From assembly GCA_963777315.1 (NCBI GenBank), contig CAVZQC010000002.1, forward strand, positions 160,001 to 224,000: 64,000 nucleotides of DNA, read 5' to 3'. Of this stretch, positions 1 through 10,107 are shown piece after piece (within the stretch, counting starts at the first letter, position 1; every line of letters starts with the position of its first letter). Below the pieces are notes generated by a model. That model was not told the DNA's origin, ran no database searches, and worked only from the letters and a program-made list of their open reading frames with translations. A program made the position numbers and the translations under genes. This DNA comes from Vulcanimicrobiota bacterium (GTDB lineage: Bacteria; Vulcanimicrobiota; Vulcanimicrobiia; Vulcanimicrobiales; Vulcanimicrobiaceae).

Positions 1-28
1 AGCAAGCTTTTAGGTCGGAAAGGCCGTG

Positions 29-1015
29 CTAGGTCAATCCTTTGACCGAGGCCCGCATGCGTCCGGCGTGAACGGGCTCGTCGCCCGCAGAGCCTGCGAT
101 GCCGAAACCGAGCAGCACCCGCTCCGCGGCGGCATAGGGATCGACGCCTGCGGCCACCTCGCTGCGCAGCTCGCGGTCCAGTTTGCGCTCCAAATGGCCC
201 AGCGCGAGCGCGCGAACCTGATGGGTGAAGGCGTCGCGGCGCTTTTCCGCCATTTCGCCGCTGTGCTGCAGGTAGGCGACGTGCTTTTCTATCGCGCTCC
301 ACAATTCGTCGACGCCTTCGCCGCTGGCGGCCTGCGTCATCACCAGTTCGGGCACCCATCCGCTGAAATCCAGCATCTCCATCATCGAGCGGATCTCGCG
401 CTTGAGCTGATTGGCCATCGGGTGATCCTTTTTATTGACCACGAACACGTCGGCGACTTCCAAGATGCCCGCTTTGAGCGACTGTATGCTGTCGCCGCTT
501 CCGGGCTGCAGCGCGACGATGGTGGTCTGCGCCAAGTCGGCAATCTCGATCTCGGATTGCCCGACACCCACCGTTTCGACGATCACGACTTCCAACCCGA
601 ACGCGTCCATCAACAGCACCGCATCGGCGGTCGCGCCGGCCAGTCCGCCCAAGTGGCCGCGGCTGGCCATCGATCGAATGAACACGCCGCTGTCGGTGAA
701 GTGTTCGGTCAGCCGGATGCGATCGCCCAGCAGCGCGCCGTGCGAGAACGGCGAGCTCGGATCGACCGAAACGACTCCCACGCTCTTGCCGAGCGAGCGC
801 GCCTTGCGCACGATCGCCGAACTGAGCGTGGATTTTCCGACGCCGGGCGGTCCGGTCAAACCGATCGTCATGGCTCGGCCCGTGTCGGCGAACACGTGCC
901 TGATCAGCTCGCCGCCGCGGCCCCCTTCCGCTTGCGAAATCGCGCGCGCAAGCGCGCGCGGCGAACCGCTTTGAAATGCTTGCAAGAGATTTGCGTAGTC
1001 GCCGGTGTTCGCCAA
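29..1015 (-). CDS. meaB: Methylmalonyl-CoA mutase-associated GTPase MeaB/ArgK
   Basis: GLTGPPGVGKST P-loop, VDPSSPFSHGALLGDRIR, FIRSMASRG, ETVGVGQSE and NKKD motifs. Start uncertain; TTG at 1015 chosen. Confidence 0.9.
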   Translation of the reverse strand: MANTGDYANLLQAFQSGSPRALARAISQAEGGRGGELIRHVFADTGRAMTIGLTGPPGVGKSTLSSAIVRKARSLGKSVGVVSVDPSSPFSHGALLGDRIRLTEHFTDSGVFIRSMASRGHLGGLAGATADAVLLMDAFGLEVVIVETVGVGQSEIEIADLAQTTIVALQPGSGDSIQSLKAGILEVADVFVVNKKDHPMANQLKREIRSMMEMLDFSGWVPELVMTQAASGEGVDELWSAIEKHVAYLQHSGEMAEKRRDAFTHQVRALALGHLERKLDRELRSEVAAGVDPYAAAERVLLGFGIAGSAGDEPVHAGRMRASVKGLT

Positions 1016-1080
1016 AGCACTACGAAGATTGCCGCCTGCCGTCGCGCGGACCTCCCCATTGCCGCTGCGAAGAACCAAGC

Positions 1081-2358
1081 ATGCACGCACTGGTTCTCAA
1101 CCTGCTCTTGTCGTGCGCGGCGTTCGACGAGGCGGTACGATTGGTCATGCGCACGCAGCATGTCGCCGGAATGTCGGTGGGAATTGCGCGTCACGGCAAA
1201 ACGGTGTGCGAGCGAGGATACGGGTACAGCGATCTCGGGCGTAGCCGACCTGCCCGTGCCGATACCGTTTACCGGATCGGTTCGCTGACCAAAGCCTTCA
1301 CGGCCGCGGCAATTCTGTCGCTGGCGGATCGCGGCAAACTTTCGTTGGACGAACCGGCAGCGCCGTATCTGCCGCCGTTTGCGTGGTCGCACGCAATCAC
1401 GATCCGCGATTTGCTCGCGCAGCGCAGCGGCATTGCGTCGTACACGGACGACCGCCGGCTGGACCGCTATGGTGCGTATACTCCCGAACAGCTGCTCTCT
1501 GCCGCCGCTCTGCAGCCTCCGGAGTTCGAACCGGGGGCGCGCTTTGGATACAGCAACACGAACTACGTTGCGCTCGGCGCAATCATCGAACGCGTCACCC
1601 GGATGCCGTACGCGGCGTACCTGCAATCCGCGGTGCTCGAACCGCTGGGTCTGCGCCATACGCGCTACGGTGACCAAACCGGACAGGCGCGCGGCTACGC
1701 TCGCAATGCGCTCGAGTTCCCCGTGCGCCCGTCGTCCACGTCGTACGCGTTTTCGGCAGCGGGAATGACCTCCGACGTCCCGGATCTGCTGCGATGGCTG
1801 AACGTCGCGCGCGAACCGTACTATGGCTTTCTGCAGTCCGGAATATACGGATACCACGCAATTTACGCCGTCGGAAACGTCGACGGGTACAGCGCTTTCG
1901 AGCTGCTCGTTCCGCAAACGCGCGATGCGCTGGTCGTTCTGACCAACGCAGACCAGCTCGATGTGATTCCGCTGGCCGAAAGCATGTTCGCCGCGCTGGA
2001 ACCGCCCGAGGATGCAGCATTCGCGCAAGGTTTTGGACCCGCGCAAAATGAGGACCCGCGCGTGACCGCACTGGTAAGAGCCGTGCTCGAACAGATCCGC
2101 TCCGGTACGATCGATCCCGCGCTGCTGACGCCGCGATTTGCAGCCATGCTCGCGCGCGGGCAAGGCGATCGATTGCGCCGGCGGCTGGCGCCGCTCGGCA
2201 CGATAACGCAGGTTGAATTCACCCGGCGCGAAACTTCCGGTGCGGTCGTGAACGCGTATTACTACGTGAGTTTTTCCGGCGGGTCGCGCGTCGGGATTCG
2301 GGTTGCCTTGCGCGACGACCGCACCGTCGACGGTATCGCCATATTCGACGATTCGTAA
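1081..2358 (+). CDS. Secreted serine hydrolase, beta-lactamase family
   Basis: IGSLTK (SxxK) and YSNTNY (YxN) motifs. ATG at 1081 begins a hydrophobic N-terminus. Confidence 0.85.
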   Translation: MHALVLNLLLSCAAFDEAVRLVMRTQHVAGMSVGIARHGKTVCERGYGYSDLGRSRPARADTVYRIGSLTKAFTAAAILSLADRGKLSLDEPAAPYLPPFAWSHAITIRDLLAQRSGIASYTDDRRLDRYGAYTPEQLLSAAALQPPEFEPGARFGYSNTNYVALGAIIERVTRMPYAAYLQSAVLEPLGLRHTRYGDQTGQARGYARNALEFPVRPSSTSYAFSAAGMTSDVPDLLRWLNVAREPYYGFLQSGIYGYHAIYAVGNVDGYSAFELLVPQTRDALVVLTNADQLDVIPLAESMFAALEPPEDAAFAQGFGPAQNEDPRVTALVRAVLEQIRSGTIDPALLTPRFAAMLARGQGDRLRRRLAPLGTITQVEFTRRETSGAVVNAYYYVSFSGGSRVGIRVALRDDRTVDGIAIFDDS

Positions 2359-2375
2359 CTGCGGTCGCCGTCGTC

Positions 2376-3782
2376 ATGGCCGCGACGCTGCTGCGCGGCG
2401 TGCCCGGCTCGGCTCAAAACCTGCGCGTTCCGCTTACGGGACATCGCGCGCGCCCCATCGCCGCATCGACGCTGTTTCACACGCTGTTCTCGGATTTTTT
2501 CAGCGAGGGCGACGGCACGACCTACGTTCAGACCGGCGACATTCCCGCAATGTGGCTGCGTGATTCGTCCGCCCAGACGATTCCGTACGTGCGCTTTGCC
2601 GCCGCTTATCCGATTTTGGCCGTACGGTTCGGCGGCGTCATCGCGCGCAATGCGCGCAACATCGCAGCGGATCCCTACGCCAATGCCTTTCGCGCCGATT
2701 ACGGCGTTTGGGAAGAGAAGTGGGAACCCGATTCGCTGGCGTGGCCGGTACTGCTCACGTGGATGTACTGGAATCAAACGCACGCGGCCGGTTTATTCGG
2801 CCGCGACCTGCACAAGGCGCTTCGGACGGTCGTCGACACGCTGCGCTGCGAGCAGCTGCACGCAGCATGCAGCCGGTATCGTTATCCGTACCCGCAAAGC
2901 ACGCACGACGAATACAATCCGGACACCGGCATGGTATGGAGTGCGTTCCGCCCATCCGACGATCCCGTGGAATACCGCTTCAACATTCCGCAGGAAGCGA
3001 TCGTCGCCGTCGCTTTGCAGGAGATAGCCGAGCTCGCCGTTGCCGGATACGGCGACGCTGACCTGGCCAACGAAGCTTCGTCGATGGCAGCGCAGGTGCA
3101 AACCGGCATCGAGCGCTACGGCAGAATCTGGCGCGCCGACTTGGGCGGGTGGGCATACGTCTACGAAACGGACGGACTTGGGCGCTACTCGCTCATGGAC
3201 GACGCGAATCTGCCCAATCTTACCGCTCTGCCGGCACTGGCGTGGTGCTCGGCGACCGATCCGGTGTACCTCAATACGCGCGCCTACACGCTGTCCAAAC
3301 GCAATCCGTACTATTTCAGCGGAACGTATGCCGAAGGTTTGGGCAGTCCCCACACGCCGGCCGGATACGTGTGGCCGCTGGGAATCATCTCACGCGCTTT
3401 GACGGCCAGCTCCGGACGCGAAACGGCGGAAGGCATTACGACGCTGGCGGAAACCGACAGCGGCGACGGATTGATTCACGAAAGCTTTTACCCCGGCGGA
3501 TACTGGCGGTTCACCCGCGCGGAGTTCGGGTGGGCCAACGCGTTTTACGCCGAATTGGTGTTTCGCAGCGTGGCGGGGTTTCCGGCGCCGCCGCTGCTGC
3601 CTCAAAATCGCACCGCGACGCCGTTCGAGCTGCTGAGCCAGACGCCCACGCTCACGCATCCGCTGGCACAGATCGTCAACACCGGTCTGGTTTACGACGC
3701 GCTCTCGACCCTGCTCGCGCAAGCCGACGGCCATACGATCATTCCGCGCGAAAGCGCCATCATCAAGAAAACGGCTCAATAG
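2376..3782 (+). CDS. Glycoside hydrolase family 125 (exo-alpha-1,6-mannosidase-like)
   Basis: TGDIPAMWLRDSSAQ, EEKWEPDSL, FRPSDD, MDDANLP, GSPHT and FGWAN motifs. Confidence 0.88.
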   Translation: MAATLLRGVPGSAQNLRVPLTGHRARPIAASTLFHTLFSDFFSEGDGTTYVQTGDIPAMWLRDSSAQTIPYVRFAAAYPILAVRFGGVIARNARNIAADPYANAFRADYGVWEEKWEPDSLAWPVLLTWMYWNQTHAAGLFGRDLHKALRTVVDTLRCEQLHAACSRYRYPYPQSTHDEYNPDTGMVWSAFRPSDDPVEYRFNIPQEAIVAVALQEIAELAVAGYGDADLANEASSMAAQVQTGIERYGRIWRADLGGWAYVYETDGLGRYSLMDDANLPNLTALPALAWCSATDPVYLNTRAYTLSKRNPYYFSGTYAEGLGSPHTPAGYVWPLGIISRALTASSGRETAEGITTLAETDSGDGLIHESFYPGGYWRFTRAEFGWANAFYAELVFRSVAGFPAPPLLPQNRTATPFELLSQTPTLTHPLAQIVNTGLVYDALSTLLAQADGHTIIPRESAIIKKTAQ

Positions 3783-3795
3783 CGCGGCGCAACGG

Positions 3796-4515
3796 TCAGC
3801 TGCCGAAGCGCCGCTGCCGCGCGGCGAAATCGCGCACGATTTCCGCGAAGTGATCCGCGGTGAAATCCGGCCACATCAGCGGCAAGGTGAAGATCTCGGT
3901 GTAGGCGAGCTGATACAGCAGGAAGTTCGAGATCCGAAACTCGCCGCCGGTTCGGATCAGCACGTCCGGATCGGGCGTATCCGGGGCGTACATGCGCGCG
4001 CGAAGCGTGCTTTCGTCGACGGCATCGGGCGCGAGCGTTCCGGCGGCGACGTCGCCCGCAATCGATCGCGCGGCGCGCACGATCTCGGCGCGCCCGCTGT
4101 AGTTGAGCGCCAGCGTGAGGGTAAGGCGAGCGTTCATTTCGGTGGCGCGCACGAGCCGTTCCAAGCCTTCTCGCGCGGACGGCGCAAACGGTTCAACGTT
4201 CCCCACGATCCTCACCCGAACGCCCCGGCGTGACAGCGCGCGCTGCTCGCTGCGCGAAAACCACGCGCACAGCCGCATGAGCAGATCGATTTCCGAACAG
4301 TCGCGCTGCCAGTTTTCCGTCGAAAAGCCGTACACCGTAAGGTCGCGCACGTTTGCATCGAGAGCACCCCGAACGGCCGCCCGCAATGCTGCGATTCCGC
4401 GCCGGTAGCCGTGCGCTATCGAAAGGCCGCGCATGGAAGCCCAGCGGCGATTGCCGTCCATGATGATCGCGACATGGGCGGGGCAAACGCGTTCGACCGG
4501 GGCTTTGAGCGCCAT
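3796..4515 (-). CDS. uppS: Cis-prenyltransferase (undecaprenyl diphosphate synthase family)
   Basis: HVAIIMDGNRRWA, FSTENW, NYSGR, IRTGGE.RISNFLLYQ motifs. Confidence 0.9.
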   Translation of the reverse strand: MALKAPVERVCPAHVAIIMDGNRRWASMRGLSIAHGYRRGIAALRAAVRGALDANVRDLTVYGFSTENWQRDCSEIDLLMRLCAWFSRSEQRALSRRGVRVRIVGNVEPFAPSAREGLERLVRATEMNARLTLTLALNYSGRAEIVRAARSIAGDVAAGTLAPDAVDESTLRARMYAPDTPDPDVLIRTGGEFRISNFLLYQLAYTEIFTLPLMWPDFTADHFAEIVRDFAARQRRFGS

Positions 4516-4518
4516 TTG

Positions 4519-4539
4519 TTACTTTGTACCACAAAGTAA
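4519..4539. promoter_or_regulatory. Perfect 9-bp inverted repeat TTACTTTGT-acc-ACAAAGTAA, candidate operator
   Basis: AT-rich palindrome between the divergent uppS and tricorn starts. Confidence 0.55.
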
Positions 4540-4590
4540 TGCGGCGTGCCAAGCGGGACGGGACCGCCTCGTCGCCAACCAGTGCGCCTC

Positions 4591-7500
4591 ATGGACCACG
4601 GGTATTACCGCTACGCCGCCCTCGCGGGCGACCGAATCGTTTTCGTGTGCGAGGACGACCTGTGGTCCGCTGCGCTCGAAGGCGGCCCGGCGCACCGGCT
4701 CACCGCCACGGCCGGCGCCTGCAGCACGCCGCGGCCATCGCCGGACGGTTCGCAGATCGCCTTCATCGCCAACGACGAAGCGCATCCCGAGCTCTACGTC
4801 ATGCCGGCCGAAGGCGGACGCCCCCGCCGTCTCACCTACTTAGGCGGCACCAGCGCAACGGCGTGCGCGTGGAGCGCCGACGGCGCACAGATTCTGTTCG
4901 CCGCGAATCCCAACGCATGGTATCTGCGCGAAACCAGGGGTTTTGCCGTTGCTGCCGGCGGCGGCTCGCCGCGCGAGCTCGGCCTTGGACACCTCAAGAC
5001 GCTCTTCCCCGGCCCGGGCGCAGCCCTGGTCATCGGCCGCAACGAAACGGACCCCGCGCGCTGGAAACGCTACCGCGGCGGCACGTCCGGCGAAGTGTGG
5101 ATCGATCGCAGCGGCAGCGGCGAATTCGAAAAACTGGCGCTGCCCGACGGCAACCCGGTTTGGCCGATGTGGATCGGCGAGCGCATTTTTTTCCTGGCCG
5201 ACCATCAAGGGATCGGAAACATCTATTCGTGCGCGCTCGACGGCAGCGACGTCACGCGCCACACGAACCACAGCGACTATTACGTGCGTTTTCCGTCAAC
5301 CGACGGCAAGCGAATCGCGTACACCGCGGGCGCAAAGCTCTACTGTTTGGACGTCCACAGCGGCGACGTGCGGGAAATACCGGTGAGCGCCGCGTCGGCC
5401 GCGCCGCAGACTTCCCGCCGCTTTTTGGATGGCTCGGAAGCGCTCGACGAATTCGCGCCTTCGCCCGACGGCACGCGATTGGCGCTGATAGAACGCGGAC
5501 AGCCGTACTGCATGCCGCTGTGGGAAGAGGCGCCGGTGCACCACGGGGCCGGCAGCGCGGTACGCTATCGCAGCATCGGTTGGATGCACGACGGAAAGCG
5601 GTTCGCCACCACCACCGACCAAAACGGCTACGAACAGATCGCAATTCACGATCTGCAAGCGCCGCAAACGCCCAAACTGCTAACCAAAGGCGACATCGGC
5701 CGCATCACCGAGATTGCATGCTCGCCGGCCAACGATCGCATCGCCTTTGCCAATCACCGCTACGAACTCGTGCTCGTCGAAGACGACGGCACGATGCGCG
5801 TGCTCGACAAGGGCCTGGGCAGCCGCATTACGGACCTCGCATTCTCGCCCGACGGACGCTGGCTCGCGTACGTGTGGTCGTCGGGAACCGACGACGCGGC
5901 AATCGTGCGCATCGCCAAATGCAAGTCCGGCAAAGTGTTCGACGCCACGCCGAAGATGCGCACCGACGCAAGTCCCGCCTGGGATCCCGAAGGCAAGTAC
6001 CTCTACTTCATCTCGACGCGCGACTTCGACCCCGTCTACGATGCGCTGCAGTTCGCGCTGAGCTTTCCGCAGGCGGAGCGTCCGTTTCTGCTCACCCTGC
6101 GCGACGACGTTCCCAATCCGTTCGCGCCCAAACCCAAACCGGTGCATCGTGAACACGATCACGAACGCGAAAGCGGCGACGAAGAAAAAAAGCGCATGGA
6201 GCGCGCGCCGCGCATCGAGATCGATTTTGACGGCATCCAAGGCCGAATTTTAGCCTTTCCCGTAGACGAAGGCGAGTACGGTCAGATCGTCGCGGTGCGC
6301 AATCGCGCGCTCTTTACCAAATTCGAAGTCCGCGGGATCAAACCGGGCGATCGCGGCTGGGATGCGCCCGAACCGTCCGGAACGCTTTTGGCGTACGATT
6401 TCGAGCAGCAGCGTTGCGCGACGATCGCCCCGGACGTTTCCCACATCGCTTTGGGCAACGACAGCCACACGCTGGCCTATCGTTCGCACGATAAGCTGCG
6501 CGTAGTCGATGCGCTCAGCGATCTGCCCGAGGAGAACGACGACATCAAGCCGGCCGCCGATCCCGGGCGAAAAAGCGGATGGGTCGATCTGGACCGCATC
6601 AGTCTGGAAATCGAGCCGCGCGACGAATGGCGCCAGATGTACCGCGAAGCGTGGCGCATGCAGACAGAACAGTTTTGGGTCGAAGACATGTCGGACATCG
6701 ATTGGGATCGCGTCTACGATCGCTACGAGGCGCTTCTGCCGCGCGTGCGAACCCGCGCCGAACTCTCCGACGTGATTTGGGAAATGCACGGCGAGCTGGG
6801 AACGTCCCATGCGTACGAAATCGGCGGAGACCTTCGCCGGCCGCCCGAGTACGCCACCGGCTTTTTGGGCGCCGATTTTTCATGGGACGAAGAACGGCAC
6901 GGCTGGCGCATCGATCGCATCTATCGCGGGGATTCGTGGAATCGCGCCGTCGATTCTCCGCTGGCCGAACCGGGACTGCAGATCTCGCAAGGCGACGTTC
7001 TCGTGGCGATCGGCGGAAAGCGCTTGAGCGCGCAGCTCTCGCCGCAACAGGCACTGGTGAATCAGTCAGGCCGCGACGTCGCCGTGGTCGTGCGCGCAAA
7101 CGGCCACGAACGCACCGCTGCGGTCAAGGCGCTCGAGAGCGAACAGCCGCTGCGATATCGCGCATGGGTCGAGTCCAACCGGCGTTACGTGCACGACCAA
7201 ACCGCCGGCAAGATCGGTTACGTGCACATTCCCGACATGGGGCCTTGGGGTTTTTCCGAATTTCACCGCGGGTACTTGAACGAATTCGATCGATCGGGCC
7301 TGATCGTCGACGTGCGGTACAACCGCGGCGGCCACGTTTCGCCGCTGCTCTTGGAGAAATTGGCGCGTAAACGCGTGGGTTACGACTTCTCGCGGTACAG
7401 CAGCAAACCGGTTCCCTATCCGCCCGAATCCGTGGCCGGCCCGATGGTCGCGATCACCAATCAATTCGCGGGCTCGGACGGCGACATCTTCAGCCATTGC

Positions 7501-7827
7501 TTTAAGATCTACAAACTCGGCCCGCTTGTCGGCAAACGTACCTGGGGCGGCGTCATCGGCATCAATCCGTATCACGGCTTGGTGGACGGCACGATCACGA
7601 CGCAACCGGAGTTTTCGTTCTGGTTCAAAGACGTGGGATGGAAAGTCGAAAATTACGGAACCGATACCGACTACGAGGTCGACATCGCTCCGCAGGATTA
7701 CCGCCAAGGGCGCGATCCTCAACTGGACGCCGCGATCCGGCTGATCGCGCAGGCCGCCGAGCATTTCGTGGAGCCCTATCCGGACGTGAGCACCAAGCCG
7801 TCTCTTTCGCTTCCGACGCTGCCCTAG
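4591..7827 (+). CDS. Tricorn protease (peptidase S41)
   Basis: PD40 propeller repeats, WKRYRGG, GELGTSH, PDZ region, GYVHIPDM, DVRYNRGG, GSDGDIF and RTWGG. ATG at 4591. Confidence 0.93.
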   Translation: MDHGYYRYAALAGDRIVFVCEDDLWSAALEGGPAHRLTATAGACSTPRPSPDGSQIAFIANDEAHPELYVMPAEGGRPRRLTYLGGTSATACAWSADGAQILFAANPNAWYLRETRGFAVAAGGGSPRELGLGHLKTLFPGPGAALVIGRNETDPARWKRYRGGTSGEVWIDRSGSGEFEKLALPDGNPVWPMWIGERIFFLADHQGIGNIYSCALDGSDVTRHTNHSDYYVRFPSTDGKRIAYTAGAKLYCLDVHSGDVREIPVSAASAAPQTSRRFLDGSEALDEFAPSPDGTRLALIERGQPYCMPLWEEAPVHHGAGSAVRYRSIGWMHDGKRFATTTDQNGYEQIAIHDLQAPQTPKLLTKGDIGRITEIACSPANDRIAFANHRYELVLVEDDGTMRVLDKGLGSRITDLAFSPDGRWLAYVWSSGTDDAAIVRIAKCKSGKVFDATPKMRTDASPAWDPEGKYLYFISTRDFDPVYDALQFALSFPQAERPFLLTLRDDVPNPFAPKPKPVHREHDHERESGDEEKKRMERAPRIEIDFDGIQGRILAFPVDEGEYGQIVAVRNRALFTKFEVRGIKPGDRGWDAPEPSGTLLAYDFEQQRCATIAPDVSHIALGNDSHTLAYRSHDKLRVVDALSDLPEENDDIKPAADPGRKSGWVDLDRISLEIEPRDEWRQMYREAWRMQTEQFWVEDMSDIDWDRVYDRYEALLPRVRTRAELSDVIWEMHGELGTSHAYEIGGDLRRPPEYATGFLGADFSWDEERHGWRIDRIYRGDSWNRAVDSPLAEPGLQISQGDVLVAIGGKRLSAQLSPQQALVNQSGRDVAVVVRANGHERTAAVKALESEQPLRYRAWVESNRRYVHDQTAGKIGYVHIPDMGPWGFSEFHRGYLNEFDRSGLIVDVRYNRGGHVSPLLLEKLARKRVGYDFSRYSSKPVPYPPESVAGPMVAITNQFAGSDGDIFSHCFKIYKLGPLVGKRTWGGVIGINPYHGLVDGTITTQPEFSFWFKDVGWKVENYGTDTDYEVDIAPQDYRQGRDPQLDAAIRLIAQAAEHFVEPYPDVSTKPSLSLPTLP

Positions 7828-7835
7828 CAGGCCTG

Positions 7836-8666
7836 TTAGCGCTCTGGGTTCTTCATGCGCGACACCGGAATGAATCCCAGCTCCGAAAGCAGCTCCTCGT
7901 CGGTGCGCACGAAGTCGATGAAATGCGCCGCCGCCGTGCTCGGGCGGCCGTTGGTCAGCATGAGCTCGTACGACCAAAACGCGTAACGTCCGTTCTCGAC
8001 GTTGGCCCGAGTCGCGGCGACACCGTCGATCGAGACGGCATCTTGGCCCGGTTTGAGGTAGCTCATCGCCAGATACGATGCGGCTCCCGGCGTCTGCGCG
8101 ACCATCGCGGCAACCGTGCCGGATGAATCCTGCGTCAAGCCGCTTTCGGACGGCTGCGCGCCCTTCATGATCTTCTCGACGAAAACTGCGCGCGTGCCTG
8201 AACTGCGCGGCCGGTTCACGATCGTGATCGATTGATTCGAGCCGCCGACCTGGCGCCAGTTCACGATCTTCCCGCTGAAGACGTCGCGAATTTGGCGCAT
8301 CGTGAGGTTCGTCACGCCGGCAGCGGGATTGACGACCACGCCGAACGTGGCAACGGCGATCTTATGAACCATCAGACCGGACTCGTTGAGCGGTACGACG
8401 TCGGAGTCACCGATATCGACGCCCTTTTGCGCGGCTTGCGCGATCCCGGTCATCGAACCGCCGCCCGATACGCTGATCTTGACGTTCGGGTGTTGGGTCT
8501 GATAGTCGATCGCGGCTTGCTTGACCAGCGGCAGCAGCGCGGTCGAGCCGGCAATCGTGATGGAAACCTGGTTTCTTCCAGCCGCGCAAGCGCACAGCGC
8601 GGCGACAAGGCAGAGGGCGAATGCGGCAAACGCGGTTGTGCGCAGCGTCGTTGGGCGTACCGTCAT
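7836..8666 (-). CDS. Phosphate ABC transporter substrate-binding lipoprotein, PstS family
   Basis: GSTALLPL, GGGSMTG, DIGDSD, R..SSGTR motifs and a lipobox-like Cys. No permease genes adjacent. Confidence 0.85.
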   Translation of the reverse strand: MTVRPTTLRTTAFAAFALCLVAALCACAAGRNQVSITIAGSTALLPLVKQAAIDYQTQHPNVKISVSGGGSMTGIAQAAQKGVDIGDSDVVPLNESGLMVHKIAVATFGVVVNPAAGVTNLTMRQIRDVFSGKIVNWRQVGGSNQSITIVNRPRSSGTRAVFVEKIMKGAQPSESGLTQDSSGTVAAMVAQTPGAASYLAMSYLKPGQDAVSIDGVAATRANVENGRYAFWSYELMLTNGRPSTAAAHFIDFVRTDEELLSELGFIPVSRMKNPER

Positions 8667-9556
8667 GCAACCGTTGCCAAAATACATTCGAGCAGGCGCG
8701 GATACACGATATCGGTACGAGCGCGCGGATTGTCGGGCTCGATGATGTCGTGGTTGGCGGGCAAATCGGTGAACTCGAATGCCTCGATGCCGGACGGACG
8801 CGCGCGCCGCCACCGGTCCACGACGTTGCGCGCCACGTCGTTGTTGACGGCCGGGTCGCATGCGTTCGTGAGCGTGGCGATCGAGGCGGCGGCATGCGGC
8901 TGGGTTGCGCTAGCGGCGCAGACGTCGTCTCCGACCCGAATGCTCTGGGCCAGCGCCCGCGTGGGAAAGCGCGGATACGCCGTGGCCGGATGCTGATTCT
9001 CCTTAGCGCGCGGGTCCCACCACAAAAAAACGTTGGGCAGTACCAGCATTGCGTGCGAAACGATTGCTCCGGCCCAGTACGGCAGTTTCAGAATTGAAAA
9101 GACCGGCGAGATCGGTACGGCGCGCGCAACGTCGCTGCGGTGCTGGCCGAAATACGCGCTGAGCAACCCGCTGGTCGAAATTCCCGCCACGCAGACGCTC
9201 TCGCCCAGACCGCATGCGATGTCGACGGCTTCCCACGCGCGCGCCAGCAGCGACTCGGCAGTCAAAATCGCCAAACGCCGCGTCATGCGGTCGCGGTATC
9301 CTTGCTGCGGCAAGCGAGGAACGAGCACGTTCGCGCCGCGCTCGAACAGCATCGGTGCGAATTCCCTGTACTGTCCGGGGTGGTTGGTGAATCCGTGCAG
9401 CAGCACCACGGACAGCGGCGTTCGCGCTCCGCGATCGAAGAGGGCAGTGCGCGCCGCAGGCAGGATGCGATCGCCGTCGCGGGCCTGCAGCGCCGCAGCG
9501 CGCGCCAGCGCTTGCGCGTAGGTTCGCGCGGGGTTTACGGCAGGCGCCTGAAGCAC
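8663..9556 (-). CDS. Alpha/beta hydrolase (esterase/lysophospholipase-like)
   Basis: LLHGFT, GISTSG nucleophile elbow, C-terminal HDII. GTG start inferred. Confidence 0.8.
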   Translation of the reverse strand: MLQAPAVNPARTYAQALARAAALQARDGDRILPAARTALFDRGARTPLSVVLLHGFTNHPGQYREFAPMLFERGANVLVPRLPQQGYRDRMTRRLAILTAESLLARAWEAVDIACGLGESVCVAGISTSGLLSAYFGQHRSDVARAVPISPVFSILKLPYWAGAIVSHAMLVLPNVFLWWDPRAKENQHPATAYPRFPTRALAQSIRVGDDVCAASATQPHAAASIATLTNACDPAVNNDVARNVVDRWRRARPSGIEAFEFTDLPANHDIIEPDNPRARTDIVYPRLLECILATVA

Positions 9557-10107
9557 GACGTCACGTGATCGTTCACGAGCCCAGCGGCTTGCATGAACGA
9601 ATAGCAAATCGTCGATCCGACGAATGCAAATCCCCGCGCGCGCAAATCTTTGCTCAGCGCGTTCGAAAGCGGCGAACTGGACGGCACTTGAGTTGCGCTC
9701 CGCCAGCGGTTCTTCACCGGCACGCCGTCGACCAACCGCCACAGATAGGCATCGAAGCTGCCGAACTGGCTTTGCAGCCGCAGTACGGCGCGCGCGTTGC
9801 GGACCGTGCTTTCCACCTTTTGGCGGTTGCGTACGATCCCCGCATCGGTAAGAATCCGCTCGATGCGGCCGGGCGGAAAACGAGCGACGCGGGTGGGATC
9901 GAAACCGGCGAAGAGCTCCCGATAGCGCTGCCGTTTTCTCAAAATCGTTTCCCAGCTCAGGCCGGCCTGAGCGCCTTCCAGGGTGAGCAGCTCGAACAGC
10001 ATGGTATCGTCGTGCACCGGAACGCACCACTCGCGATCGTGGTACTCGATGGCGGCATCGCTCACCGCCCACGCGCAGCGCACGCGCGCATTGCGCTGCG
10101 AGCTCAT
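9535..10107 (-). CDS. tag: DNA-3-methyladenine glycosylase I
   Basis: RCAW, YHDREW, LEGAQAGLSWETIL, FVGSTICYSFMQAAGLVNDH..C. Confidence 0.95.
   Translation of the reverse strand: MSSQRNARVRCAWAVSDAAIEYHDREWCVPVHDDTMLFELLTLEGAQAGLSWETILRKRQRYRELFAGFDPTRVARFPPGRIERILTDAGIVRNRQKVESTVRNARAVLRLQSQFGSFDAYLWRLVDGVPVKNRWRSATQVPSSSPLSNALSKDLRARGFAFVGSTICYSFMQAAGLVNDHVTSCFRRLP

Noticed and set aside
26..1288. Long antisense and alternate-frame ORFs here and throughout (for example 61233-62843, 36460-38235, 48579-50513)
   Set aside because: Shadow ORFs expected in high-GC DNA, overlapping well-supported genes and lacking motifs.
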